A stretch of 64,000 nucleotides of DNA from Tubulanus polymorphus. Lineage: Eukaryota; Animalia; Nemertea. A program made the translations under genes and the position numbers. The stretch is taken from contig NC_134025.1 in NCBI RefSeq assembly GCF_964204645.1, positions 1,054,001 through 1,118,000 of the forward strand, written 5' to 3'. Each line of letters starts with the position of its first letter. The first letter of the stretch is position 1. This document shows, piece after piece, positions 49,175 through 61,629 of the stretch. The notes beneath the pieces were generated by a model. It searched no databases, was not told where the DNA came from, and worked only from the letters and a program-made list of their open reading frames with translations.

Positions 49175-52100
49175 ATGTTTTCAACAAATACAGCTGCTGA
49201 GAAAAACTCAAACAAGGTCATTGAACCAGCTGAGGATAAAAGACTTATCAATGCTTTAGCGAAGGTAAGAATTTTGTTGTTGAGCTTGTCACGGATCTAG
49301 GGAAGGCAGCTTGGACGGTCAGGATCCCTGGCTTCCAAATTTTCCAACCAGTTGACTCTTTGAGAATAGTCGGTAACCTGTCTGTGGTTTAGTTTAGTGA
49401 GCAGATATTTTCACAAACCACAATTCCTTCCGATTATAAAACCTTACCACCAACAATTAAGTAATGAGTTTGATTACGTGTGAATTTTTAGCTCCCTTTT
49501 CAATACAATATTTCTTTAGACAGAGATTGAAAGCGGACCTTTAAGAGTTAACCAGGACTCTTATGTTCGACAGGAGGGTTCACCAGGTGTCGCTAATTCT
49601 AACAAATTCTATGAATTAGGAATGAAAATTCTGCTGTTATATGTGAACTGTCGTTCAGATCAATCCGAGTTCATCAAGAGATAAACGTGATTTGCTTAAT
49701 TTTCTATGTGGGAGGCTAAAAACTAAATTCTGATACAGAGTTGTCATACTGATGCACACTTATGTTTTCAGTGTTTAAGACATTGAACTAATAAGTCAAG
49801 TGTGTAGTGTTTTAAACACTGCGAAGTATTATTAAAAATCAATCCATTGTTACGTTCTATAATTACTAAAAATTACTTTGTCATGAACGAGGAAGTAATA
49901 ACTGATATTTCAGCAGGTACTGCCTGGTCGCCTCATCTATTGTATATATGAGTTTCCAGGAATGTTGTTATACATTTCTTTCATCATTGGATTTCGAGCT
50001 ATGTGATTATTCTGTATTTAATGTAAACAAAAACTAATATAAGTCGAATTTACGAGTGATAAGAGGTCAAATTATAAAAGGAACGCTATTCATGATCTAG
50101 AATGTTTCTTATGAATTGCGAGCACAACAGTTACTTCTTACTAGCTTTAATTTGAAACAAGAAAACTAACCTGGAAATTTATTGACGCCTAAATAATATG
50201 AAATGACATGAAAATTGCTTATTATTTTTGACAATAGATAAAATCTAGTAGGCCCCTATAGTATAAATCATATAATACTTGATCAAGAAAGTTATTTTGG
50301 ATTTGAATCGATAATTGAATTGACTGGCAACCAGTTGCGGCCCGATATATTGATGGCATAGTAGTGCACATCATCTCAAAGATAATTATCAAAATCTATC
50401 AAATTCAACATGAATAAGAGTTATGAAATAATATTTGATTACAAAATAAAGTGGAAATCACTGATTTAAAAGTAATTTGTTCTCATGTACCTGTTTCATG
50501 TTCTATACCTGTTTCATGTTCTATTCCTGTTTCATGTTCTATTCCTGTTTCATGTTCTCATGTACCTGTTTCATGTTCTATTCCTGTTTCATGTTCTCAT
50601 GTACCTGTTTCATGTTCTATACCTGATTCATCGGACTATACTAGTTTTCATGTTGTATACCTGTTTCCTGGTAGGTTCAACGACAAGTGCAACCATCACT
50701 GGTTCCTAGAGACGATGCATTGGAATATATACAAAGACTTATCATACAACTGTGTCGAACGCTGTGCGCCTCTCAACCTCATAGCGTTCAAGATGTGGAA
50801 GAGAGAGTGTCGAAAACCTTTCCACATCCGATTGATAAATGGGCAATCGGGGATGCCCAGGCTGCACTGGAGAAGGGTAAAAAGAAAACGCCTCTAGTTT
50901 TACCTGTAGATAAAATACATCAGCTTCTAGTCAAAGTAAGTGCGACAATAACGTGAGTGTCCAGAGTTCAGCTTCATCAAAAAGTTTAAGCCAAAAACGG
51001 TTATTAAAAATATTTTTGTCCTCATTGAAAACATGAAATAACCAATAACAATTGAACCAAAAATTTGAGTTAAACCTTTTCTTGAAACTGGAGGAGCATG
51101 CAGGAGAATTTTGTATTAAAAACTGAGTAGTCGTCATCCTTTACATGATAATCATATGAATATTCGTTTTTCAGGAGATCCTGTTTTATAAAATTGATCT
51201 ACAAGTGACATTATATATCGTGGCTGTTTTAGAGTATATATCTGCTGACATATTAAAGGTACAACTACGTTTATATCTATTTGTATCAAATATCTCGCTA
51301 AGTGTTGAACCAATATTTGATGAAATGAAAATTATCGTATATTTTCGTTCGATTTCGGCAGTTGACAGGGAATTATGTAAAGAACATGAAGAATACAGAG
51401 ATATCGTGTCAGGATATTAAAGTAGCAATGTGTGCTGATAAGGTGAGCTATCATTTCTACAACTGTTACTAAACGCATGAAATTATAAAAAATAAAAAAG
51501 TGGACAAAATGATTTTCAACCTTGTAATATAGCTATTTCCATAATCTCGATGTATTAAATTAGGCAGCCTAGAAAATTCACCCCGATCAGTCGCTTGCCG
51601 GTTCAGACTGAATGGAAGATTGTTTGAATGAACCGGAACCGAATTTCCAATTACGTACTTCGAATTAAAATCTAAAAATTCTGTTAACTCTACCGCCGAT
51701 CACTCAACTATATTTGTACTTCGATTTCCGATTTCGAAATCAAACCCCCGTGTGTTTTATACATTAAAGGTGCTAATGGAAATGTTTTTCCAAGAAGAGG
51801 AAGTATCGTTTAGTTTGGAAGAACAACCGATGAAGAGAAAGTCATTAACGTACGAAGGAATGATTAAAGACCTCGTATTGGAAGAGGAACAGTATATTAG
51901 AGATCTAAATATGATTATTAAAGTGTTCAGGGCTCCGTTTGCGAAACTGTTTCCGCGTAGCAAGGTAATTACATGACTACCTGGTCTCAGAGAATCTTGG
52001 AAATATGAATAATGGAATAATGGAAATGTGTGAAAAATTCAAGAAAAATGTCTGTCAAAATGTTTTATGGCATTATACTGTGTAGCTCAGAATTCCTGCC

Positions 52101-55100
52101 CAAACTGTGTTCAAGTTTGAACCATTCTAACCGTAGTAGAACTGCTCAGATATAGATTGAATGTATGTTATTGTGTATTGCAGGATTTAGAAGTGATATT
52201 CAGTAATATTTTAGACATTCACGGATTATCAGTGAATTTACTCAGTTCTTTAGAAGATACGATAGAAATGACTGAAGAAACCGAGGTTCCTTACGTCGGT
52301 AACTGCTTTGAAGAGTTAGCAGAGGTAAAACACCATTTCAGGGTTACACATAAAATATGTTAAAACATCCTCCTCATATACACTCTAATTAAGCATTAGG
52401 TACATAGGGCGAAGTAGGCAATTTTTGAAACGCTCTTGCAACACAGTTTGATAGACTTAGGGGCGTTGGAAGCAATTTTTGATTGCCGCGGCCAAATGCC
52501 GATTTTGGAAAGGTTCTAAATATTGCCGCGGAGAATTTACCTTTTTTCTTCAAAAATGTGATATTCAATGACAAAAAACGTCATTCAGTAAATTATTGCC
52601 GCGGCTTTCGCCGCTGCGGTTCCAACGCCACTGAGACTGGTGTTCAATTCAACCAGCGGTTTTTAATTCAATAACTTATTGGTCCTAGTTGGGGGTGTAA
52701 TAGTTCGTTAAGGATGAAGTAAATGTAATTATTCTATGATAGGCTGAGGAATTTGATGTCTATGTGAAATACGCTGAAGATATGTTAAAACCTCACAGTA
52801 GAGAGAGACTGAATACATTACTAATGAGAAGTGACGTCCAGGAAGTTCTAGCAGTAAGTCTGCGTCGTAATCGTATATTTCAATATTCAGAAAGTTTATT
52901 TCAGGTTTTATATGATTCGAACTCGATTGTTTCAGGTTCAAGGAGAGAATTTCAGGGATGCGGTGAAATATGTTCTACCTAAACTTCTATTAGGTCCGAT
53001 CTACCACTGCTTTCACTATTCAGATGTGATTAAGGTATATTTTACGGGTCTCTGCCAGGGCCCGGTTCCACAGTTGTGAGTTAGAGTCAACTTTGAGTTA
53101 AAAAATCTGTTCATTTTCAATGTTTTTTTACTCTGAAGAGTCAACTCAGAACTAGCGTGGAACCTGATCCTGAACTCTATACAATACTGACTGACAGCGG
53201 AATATTCAATATTTCTGATGCGTTATTTATTATTTGTAGTTATTGATGACCACGACTGAAAATGAAGATGATAAATTTAGTTTAGAACAAGCTTTAGGTT
53301 TATTGAAAGCGACTAAAGCTGGAGTTGAACGCAAGTGTCAGGGTACATTACCTAAAAGAAGAATAGGGTATGAATTTAGATCATTTTCTAGACTGGTGTT
53401 TCATGTTTATTCTGACAATACTTTCACTGTATTTTCCGTGTATATTTTCAGTGAGACGACACTGAGGTTTCACGGTCATATGGGACGACAAACAGCTCTG
53501 CAGAAAATGAATGAATTACAGAAATCAATAGATGGCTGGGAGGGTAAACATATAGGGGAAAGCTGTAATGAGTTCATTATAGGTACGAATCATTATCGCT
53601 CGAATGAAATCTCGTTTCATAGTTTCTGAAATGATAATGAAATTTTGATGTGTGTTTTTCAGAGGGTCTATTGCACAAATACGCCGGAAAGAAGCTGACA
53701 GAGAGATATGTGTTTCTATTCGATGGTTTAATCATATTGTGTAAACAGAATCTACGCCGTTCGTCGGTAACCGGCCCGGTCGCCGAGTATCGGCTTAAAG
53801 AGAAATTCTTCGTTCGTAAAATAGAAATCGTCGATAAGGAAGATTCGGACGGTAAGAGTTTCGAAACGATGAGAAATCGGAATTAATCCTTGTTGTTGTT
53901 CGTTGATTGCGCTAGGTTTCGATTTCTTAAGTTTCAAGTTCGCAAATTGTCGAAATTGGCAAATTTTACTGATGTAATTCTTCATGTTTCTAGAAATAAA
54001 ACATGCATTTGAAATTCAACCACGTGAAGGTGGAAACGTGATTCTAGTCGCTAAGAATGCTGATGAGAAAAATAATTGGATGGCTGCATTAGTGGCGTTA
54101 CATACTCGTAGTAGTTTAGAGAGGATGCTCGACGGTATTCTACAAGAAGAGGAAAAACGGCAACCTTTATGGACACCTTCTCCAGAAAACTATTAGTACG
54201 TATTCTCATATACCTCAACAATTATCTTCATTACAGGGATTATCACATCCTCTCCCAGTAGGGATTCAAACCTGATCTCTGCCACACTAGACCAGGTGCG
54301 CAGGTTTGCCGCACGAAAACTTGCAGCATCAATTAGATTGCCTGTTGTATAATCAGTGAGGCAAATTTCATGGATAAACTATAAATGGGAAAACCTGGGC
54401 AAAAATAAAACAGGATATCTGATTTGCTACCACTCTTGTGTGACATAGTTTTGTACCGTAGTGAGCCTCAATGTCATCAGGTTTGAATCCCTGCCGGAAG
54501 GATGGCATTATCACAACGTGCTGTTTGTTCCTGGGGTGGTTGCAAGCTGCAGGTTGTCTGAACAGTGTTGCTACCAGGCTACAGGCTGTCTGAACAGTGG
54601 TGCTACCAGGCTACAGGCTGTCTGAACAGTGGTGCTACCAGGCTACAGGCTGTTTGAAGAGGGGTGCTACCAGACTATATGTTGAAGCTTCAATCATTAA
54701 TTAATTGTATCAGTATGAAATGTTATATTTATGTTATTTTGATTATAGTTTTGCTGTTGAAGACAGTGAAGACAATATAGTGTTTGAGGAACCTCAGGAC
54801 GCTTATGAAACGCCTGTGATTCGAGGAGGAACTTTACTAAAACTTGTTCAACGTCTTACATATCATAATTATGCAGACACGAACTTTGTACGCACATTCC
54901 TCACTACTTACAGATCTTTCTGTAAACCTCACGAATTATTAGATCTTCTTATTGCAAGATATCCTTTTATAAGCAGTTTATCATCGGTAGTGTTGTTACT
55001 GATTTACAGTATTTGTTGGTATTGTTTTTCTCGGCAGATTCCGATTTTAATTGTGTCGTATAAACTCTGAAATATGAAATATAGGTGTTACTGACTCCCT

Positions 55101-58100
55101 TGATTACTGATTAATGTGATGGACATTTTCTTTCTTATTTCAACAAGATTTTACTGAAAACAATTAATTTTTACCGAAGATACTTCTTAAGAAACTCGCG
55201 TAAATTCATTCTGAAATTAAAGATGATTTTTTGTCAGCCCTTAACAGCAGTTTACATTCAATATCCCTGAACCTCCTCTCGGGGATAACAAGAATCTTAC
55301 TGAAGAAGAAATGTCAGTCAGACTTGATGATCTCAAGCGATTCCGTTTGGCTTACAGTAAGCCAATTAGATTTAGGTATTTATTTACATCCTCTATTCTG
55401 ACAGATCGGGGGAAAAATCAGAGAATTCTTTACTCTTTTCTTGAAAGTCTGGGATTTTGAATTTTTGATGTCTTGTTCTGCTTGTTAGTATCAAGTGGTA
55501 CAAGGAACTTCTTGATAAGAAACAGTTTCCACTGAGGATATCTTATAATTCAATCAGGGAGTTTTTGGTCAAGGGTCTGGGAAATAATCAGGGAACTTAG
55601 GAAGGATTCTCTGATCTGTAAGAACTCTGATTTCACCGATTGATTCTAACAGTAGTTTTCAATGTGAATGCGATGTTTGTTATTTTTCCAGGGTGCTCAA
55701 TGTTTTCCGCCAGTGGGTCGATAAACATTTCTACGATTTTGAAATCGATGAAACGCTTCTGGATAAACTGAGGTCATTCCTGGCGACGGTGAAGGGAAAA
55801 GCCATGAAAAAAGGAGTCGATTCCATACTTAAATTAGTCCAAAGAAAACTGAAACAGCAAGAATGCCCGGACCAGGAAATCAAATTCTCATACGAGAAAC
55901 AACCACCAGTGATTGAGTGGCATTTAGCACGAGATCCCGAAGAGTTTAACCTCATGCTGGTATGTATTGTGGAACTTCAGGTCATTACAATATCTCTTCA
56001 TTATTACCGATAGTTCTATATACAGCGGAACCTCGTAACAACGAACTTCAGGGCACCAGTAAATCTCTATTACCAATAGTTCTATACACAGCGGAACCTC
56101 GTAACAATGAACTTCAGGGCACCAGAAAATCTGTTTGTTATAACTGATAGTTCTATATACAGCGGAACCTCGTTACTACGAGGTTCCGCTATCAGGGCAA
56201 CAGAAAATCAGTTCATTATAACTGATAGTTCTATATACAGCGGAACCTCGTTACTACGAACTTCAGGGCACCGGAAAATCTGAAATCATTTGAGATTTAC
56301 CCATCTTGGATGAAATTCTATGTTTGTTATAACAAGGTTGCACTGTTGATGCCTGATTTGTGATTAGTTTATGGTCCTGTATTATACTATATTTTGTAGC
56401 TTCATCCAATTGAGATTGCTCGTCAAGTGACATTATTAGAATTCGACCTGTATCGTAAAGTTCGTCCTTCTGAACTTGTTGGCAACAAATGGATCAAAAA
56501 GGACAAAAACCTCTCATCTCCAAATCTTCTGAAAATGATTCATCATTCGACCATGGTAAACAGATAACCGATTCTCCCAGTTTTTAGCGTTCTAGTTCTT
56601 GAGATTTACCGTAAATGAATTTCTTCGCACAGTTTACGTTTTGGTTGGAGAAAAATATCGTTGAATCGGAAAATTTTGAAGAACGCATTGCTGTGATAAG
56701 CCGTATATTAGAAATCATGTTAGTGTTTCAAGAGTTGAATAATTTTAATGGGATGCTGGAAGTTGTAAGTGCCATTAATTCAGCTCCTGTGTATAGACTG
56801 GAGCACACAATCGAGGTACGTTTAACTATTTACTACTATTAACCACACTCAGAAAAATCCTCAAACTCTGCACTGTTGAAATAGTATGAAACCTGTGCAC
56901 TGGTTGAGGAGAGAATCCCACAATGATAATAAAAAGTCCGAAAAAGAAACTTCGAGATAGTAGTTTATTTCAACGTTTCGACTATATCCTAATAGTCATC
57001 TTCAGGAATTCATTATTCCTGAAGATGACTATTAGGATATAGTCGAAACGTTGAAATAAACTACTATCTCGAAGTTTCATTTTCGGATTTTTTATTATCA
57101 TTGTGGGATTCTCTCCTCATCGCGTCAACACGGATATTGTGTTTTTACCTATCGTGACTGTGCACTGGTTGTATAAACAAAGTTGATATATTGTGTTCTA
57201 TTCGTTTCTCTTTTCAGGAAGTGCCGCATAAATTAAAGAAAGCTTTTGAAGAGGCGATGGAATTGAATAATGACCATTTTAAAAAATATATAGAAAAACT
57301 ACGGTCCATCAACCCACCATGTGTGCCATTTCTAGGTAAATTACCGTGTCTATTATTATTGATTGTGTGTGATTATTATCTCTTTCTCTGGGAGAAATAA
57401 CATTCAAGCTACTCCTAGTGCTCAGCATCCTCCCTCTGCAGGGACTCGAACCTGATGGCATCGCTACACTCAGCCACGGCACGAACCCCTGCATCAGTAG
57501 ACCGGGTGCGCAGGTACATGCGCAGCTTTCCGAACGAAAACTGGCGGCACCAATCAGATTGCTCGTTGTATAATCGTTGAGGCAAATTTCAAGGAAGAAC
57601 TATAAATGGGAAAACCCCGGGCTAAAATAAAACGGGATTTCTGATTGGCTAAAAATCACATCATCTGAACTGCGCATGTATCTGCGCACACGGTCGATTA
57701 TGGCAGGGTTTCGTGCCGTGGCAATCTCGATGCCATCAGGTTCGAATCCCTGCCGGGGGAGGATGAGTGCTCAGGGGTCAGTTGCTCAAAAGTTGGTTAA
57801 AGATAACCATTGGATGAATACCTTTGTAACAATGAAGTTTTAATTGTCACTATGTCAACTACCCACCGGTTAACTCCAACCCTGGAACAACTGGCCCCAG
57901 AATCACCCATCAGACCAGCTACCCATTTACTCCTAGTGCTAAGAGGCAATCAGTTTATGAGTGTCTTGTTGCACTGCTGTACCCCAGACCACTCCCCTCA
58001 CCTAAACTTGTAACTGTTGTTAGAATATAAGTATTTATATCTGATTAAAGGGATGTACCTCACGAATATATTCCTGACTGAGGAAGGGAATTCAGACTTT

Positions 58101-60019
58101 CTGTTGAATCGACCGGAGGGAATTATTAACTTCAGTAAACGAAGAAAAGTTGCAGAAATCACTGGTGAAATACAGCAATATCAAAACCAGCCTTACTGTC
58201 TCCAAATAGAAGAAAGTATAAGGGTAAGGTTTCGATTAAAGTTCTTCAGTTCTAACGCAGCCGAAACTGTTATTGAATTGTGGAATATCCGATTGATTTG
58301 CAGGCATTTTTTGAGAATTTGGATCCGCTCGAAGGAATGACTGACAATGAATTTAACGATTATTTGTACAAGAAATCGCTAGAAATTGAACCGCGATATT
58401 CGAAACAACCGCTGAAATTCGTAAGTGATTCGAAGCTCTAAATCAATTCATTAAGCTACAGTAGCTTAATGCAGCTTAACCCCGAGTAATGAGAGAGGAT
58501 ATGATTTCATTTCTGTCCGAGTCTTGAGTTGGCTCAGTCTGTTTCGACTGCAAAGGTTACAGTGTAATAATAACTGTTTATTTACGTAAATCATTCATAT
58601 CAATCAATACAAAATACAAAGTCCATTACCGGTTTATACACCACACTGCAGGCGTAGACGCACTGAAAGGGTTAATAGAAGTTTTAATCGTTTATTTGTG
58701 ATTTTAGCCTCGTCAAACGGATTATCCACTGAAATCACCGGGTACAAAACCAAGCGCTGCTCGACACAGTACAACATCATCAATAACTGCAGCATCTTCG
58801 TCATCTAAACCAGCGGCTGCTGCTGCTGCTGTGGCTGCTGCTGCTGCTGCTGCCGCCGCTGCTGCTGAGGTGAAAGCAGTGAATCGCGTACAGGATGATG
58901 AGGAGCCGTTATTATCTCGAGGAGCAACTCCTCCTACTCCTAGTACTCCTCAGTCTCCTCCTCACACGTCATCGTCATCATCATCTAATAATCAGAATGA
59001 CAATAGTGTATTCGCTCCTGTTATGATAGGTAATATATTCATTTATATCTGTACCCAGCACACCTAGCGCCCCCCCTCAGACACTGTGATAATCTGTACC
59101 TAGCGCCCCCCCTCAACACCCCCTCTCCCACTCTGATAATCTGTACCTAACACCCCTTCTCCCACTCCGATAATCTGTACCTATCGCCCCCTTCTCCCAC
59201 TCTGATAATCTGTACCTAGCACCCCTCCCCCACTCTGATAATCTGTACCTAACACCCCTCCCCCACTCTGATAATCTGTACCTAACACCCCTTCTCCCAC
59301 TCTGACACCTAGGACCCCCCTCTGCCCATCTCTTGTGAAAATCTGCAGCTCTAAGCCACCCACACCTCTTCAGAAAATTTGTGAAGAGGTGCAGGTGGTT
59401 TAGGGGTGTGTTTAAAACTCACTGATGTTTGAATCGGTGTTTAATTGTTTCAGGTGGAAGTATTTCATCGTTATCGACAATTTGTTCGGTTTCATCATCA
59501 AATACGATCGGATCTGGAAGCGGATCCGGAACCGCCGGAACCGGAACCGGGAGTGTATTTACAATAAACTCACTGACGTCGATACAGTCGAGTACGACAA
59601 CATTAACGAGTGGATACGAATCTAGTGATACGTCGATACCTCCACCGGTTCCACCTCGACAACGTAGGAGAGAAATAACGCAGGATCCATCACCGCATAG
59701 ACATAGACACTCATCTTCATCTCATATAACTGATAGAACTTCTGTAGATGAAGCACCGGCTATACCTCCTCGCGAGGGGCGTCTAAACTGTGCCGGACCT
59801 CCCGTGCCTCCTCGTCGAGACACGTTTCACGGAACTCTACCGCGAGCTCAGAGTATGTCGTTACCGCGGCAACCGCAGTCAAATTACAGTTCGACGTTAC
59901 CGAGACGTAATTCGGATCGAGGCGGCGGACAGTTTAATATAAACGGAGATAACGAACCGACTCCGGAATTACCACCAAAAACTTATAAATCAAAGATCGA
60001 TAGGAATATTCGCAGATAG
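49175..60019 (+). CDS. SOS: Son of sevenless Ras-GEF (histone fold, DH, PH, REM, CDC25, Pro-rich tail)
   Basis: [88 protein letters not shown] motifs. The first exon is less certain. Confidence 0.96.
50480..50626 (+). repeat. 18-21-bp tandem repeat CCTGTTTCATGTTCT
   Basis: About 7 units. Confidence 0.9.
50963..51093. mobile_element. Diverged MITE family A copy
   Basis: aaaaagtttaagc..tgtcctcattgaaaacatgaa..tttgagttaaac..gaaactgg. Confidence 0.65.
52458..52633. mobile_element. MITE with GGCGTTGGAA TIRs
   Basis: ggcgttggaagc / ggttccaacgcc; AGACT on both flanks. Confidence 0.55.
53059..53169. mobile_element. Harbinger-like MITE family C
   Basis: ggcccggttccacagttgtgagtt..aactcagaactagcgtggaacc; related remnants at about 18737-18850, 43711-43830 and 46180-46236. 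Confidence 0.6.
54246..54504. mobile_element. Second copy of the CATCC..GGATG MITE
   Basis: Same internal sequence (ttgtataatc..gaggcaaatttca..tataaatgggaaaacc); TSD GGATTATCA/GCATTATCA. Confidence 0.8.
54549..54675 (+). repeat. ~32-bp tandem repeat caggctacaggctgtctgaacagtggtgctac
   Basis: About 4 units. Confidence 0.85.
54959..55255 (+). other. U12-type AT-AC intron in SOS REM domain
   Basis: Donor ATATCCTTT, branch CCCTTAAC (55238-55245), acceptor TTTAC. The join gives IAR-FNIPEP..KRFR, matching the SOS consensus. Confidence 0.93.
55965..56346. mobile_element. pogo/Tc1-like MITE with tandemly amplified left TIR
   Basis: (TA)CAGCGGAACCTCGT(A/T)AC..GA repeated 4 times; right end gttataacaaggttgcactg. 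Confidence 0.6.
56907..57157. mobile_element. Penelope-like non-autonomous insertion: inverted-repeat pair with hammerhead ribozyme cores, ~38-nt tail, 14-bp TSD
   Basis: Near-perfect palindrome 56905-57119; CTGAAGA-T-GACTAT..ATAGTC-GAAAC-GTT on both strands; CTGTGCACTGGTTG duplicated at 56893-56906 and 57158-57171. Confidence 0.8.
57013..57058 (+). ncRNA. Minimal type I hammerhead ribozyme motif (mirror copy on - strand at about 56964-57009)
   Basis: CUGAAGA core at 57019-57025, 6-bp stem II, GAAAC at 57045-57049, palindromic AACGUU in place of stem III, short stem I. Confidence 0.7.
57426..57765. mobile_element. MITE with ~100-bp TIRs (CATCC..GGATG) and 9-bp TSD (Mutator-like)
   Basis: Long inverted ends; AGTGCTCAG duplicated at 57417-57425 and 57766-57774. 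Confidence 0.85.
57775..57897. mobile_element. Harbinger-like MITE abutting the Mutator-like MITE
   Basis: gggtcagttgctc..gaacaactggccc inverted ends; CAG on both sides. Confidence 0.65.
59062..59322 (+). repeat. C-rich ~33-bp minisatellite ctctgataatctgtacctagcacccc
   Basis: About 7 units in a SOS intron. Confidence 0.9.
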
Positions 60020-60196
60020 TAAACACTATAATACGTAACACCAGCGTGTGAGTGTCAGTGAGTGTTAGAATGAGTGTGCGAATGTGAGTGTTTAATGATA
60101 TATTGTCATGTGATGGGGTGAGATGCATCTATTATTATTTTTAGTTTCTTCGGCGTTGAATATGAAACACAGGTATGTGCGTGTGTACTGTGTGCC

Positions 60197-60297
60197 ATGC
60201 ACACTGACATGCACATGTACTGCACACTGACATGCACATGTACCGCACACTGACATGCACATGTACCGCACACTGACATGCACATGTACCGCACACC
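60197..60297 (+). repeat. ~23-bp repeat gcacactgacatgcacatgtacc
   Basis: About 4 units just after the SOS stop. Confidence 0.85.
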
Positions 60298-60420
60298 AGT
60301 GTGCCATGTATTGTATGTTTATATTGACAGCTGTCTATTACTGCATTCACTACTGTCAGTCTCTAGTCATCACTGATACAATATATTACCTCATTCTTAC
60401 CAACCACGCTTAAGACTGAG

Positions 60421-60853
60421 CAGAGATGTTCAGTCAGTCTGATGTGAACACTCAGAGATGTTCAGTCAGTCTGATGTGAACACTCAAGAGATGTTCAGTC
60501 AGTCTGATGTGAACACTCGGAGATGTTCAGTCAGTCTGATGTGAACACTCAAGAGATGTTCAGTCAGTCTGATGTGAACACTCGGAGATGTTCAGTCAGT
60601 CTGATGTGAACACTCAAGAGATGTTCAGTCAGTCTGATGTGAACACTCGGAGATGTTCAGTCAGTCTGGTGTGAACACTCAGAGATGTTCAGTCAGTCTG
60701 GTGTGAACACTCAGAGATGTTCAGTCTGATGTGAACACTCAGAGATGTTCAGTCAGTCTGATGTGACCACTCAGAGATGTTCAGTCAGTCTGATGTGAAC
60801 ACTCAGAGATGTTCAGTCTGGTGTGAACACTCAGAGATGTTCAGTCTGGTGTG
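60421..60853 (+). repeat. 32-33-bp hairpin-forming tandem array in the SOS 3' region
   Basis: cagagatgttcagtcagtctgatgtgaacact, about 14 units. Confidence 0.92.
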
Positions 60854-61332
60854 CGTTCGGTTATTAAGAGGTTTTTACATATCGTGTTGTTCCTGGTTTT
60901 TGGAATTTTTCTGAACGACTCAAATAAAGATAAGAATAGTTTAATTGAATATTCGCAAAATAATGATTTCTACTTAAAGAACGTAAAACAGACAATTTGA
61001 GTAGCGGAGTATTTGGTTATTGATTTGTTATAAACAACTGCTGTCAAATTTGAGTGTTTTTTTATCGCTTAGAAACCGCTTCGTTTGTTCTTTGTTTGTT
61101 TTTTTTAAGCTCTAAATGCGAATTAGTGCCTGCTGTGCAGGACGGGCATGCACTGGGCACGCAGCACGCGAATCTGTGTACAGAGAATCCTGATGATGTT
61201 AGTGTCATGTACAATAGTTGTAGTGGAACATTTTGTGGTGCGATGTTGTTACTGTGTTTATACCCTATTGTCGTAGTCTAGTACAACAATCCTACATCGT
61301 CAAACAACAAGATTATTGTTTTTAAAAGTCAA

Positions 61333-61384
<52 letters not shown>

Positions 61385-61385
61385 T
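61333..61385 (+). repeat. (ATT)n microsatellite
   Basis: Perfect triplet run. Confidence 0.95.
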
Positions 61386-61629
61386 ATTTGATGTGTAGCT
61401 TTTCCGGACAAGTACAAAATTCTTGTATCCTAAAAATATTGACTAATATCATGCAGTTTTTAACTCATTGTGGACCTAATTTCATAGTTCTTAGTTTAGA
61501 TTTGATTCTAAGAGTTGGAGTTAGGACTACTTCAATTCCTAATGTTTCAAATGGCAGATTCGAATATTATCAGTGGAACCTGATTTTCATTTGGAAATTT
61601 CTTTCAGTTCTGATATAATGTATGTAACA

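Noticed and set aside
54194-54196. Apparent premature TAG in SOS
   Set aside because: The G is the intron donor (TA|GTACGT); splicing yields TAT and keeps the frame.
58476-58675. piggyBac-like TTAA-CCC..GGG-TTAA element
   Set aside because: Inverted match beyond 3 bp is too weak.
60421-60853. CRISPR-like array of palindromic 32-bp repeats
   Set aside because: No unique spacers, no cas genes, eukaryotic context.
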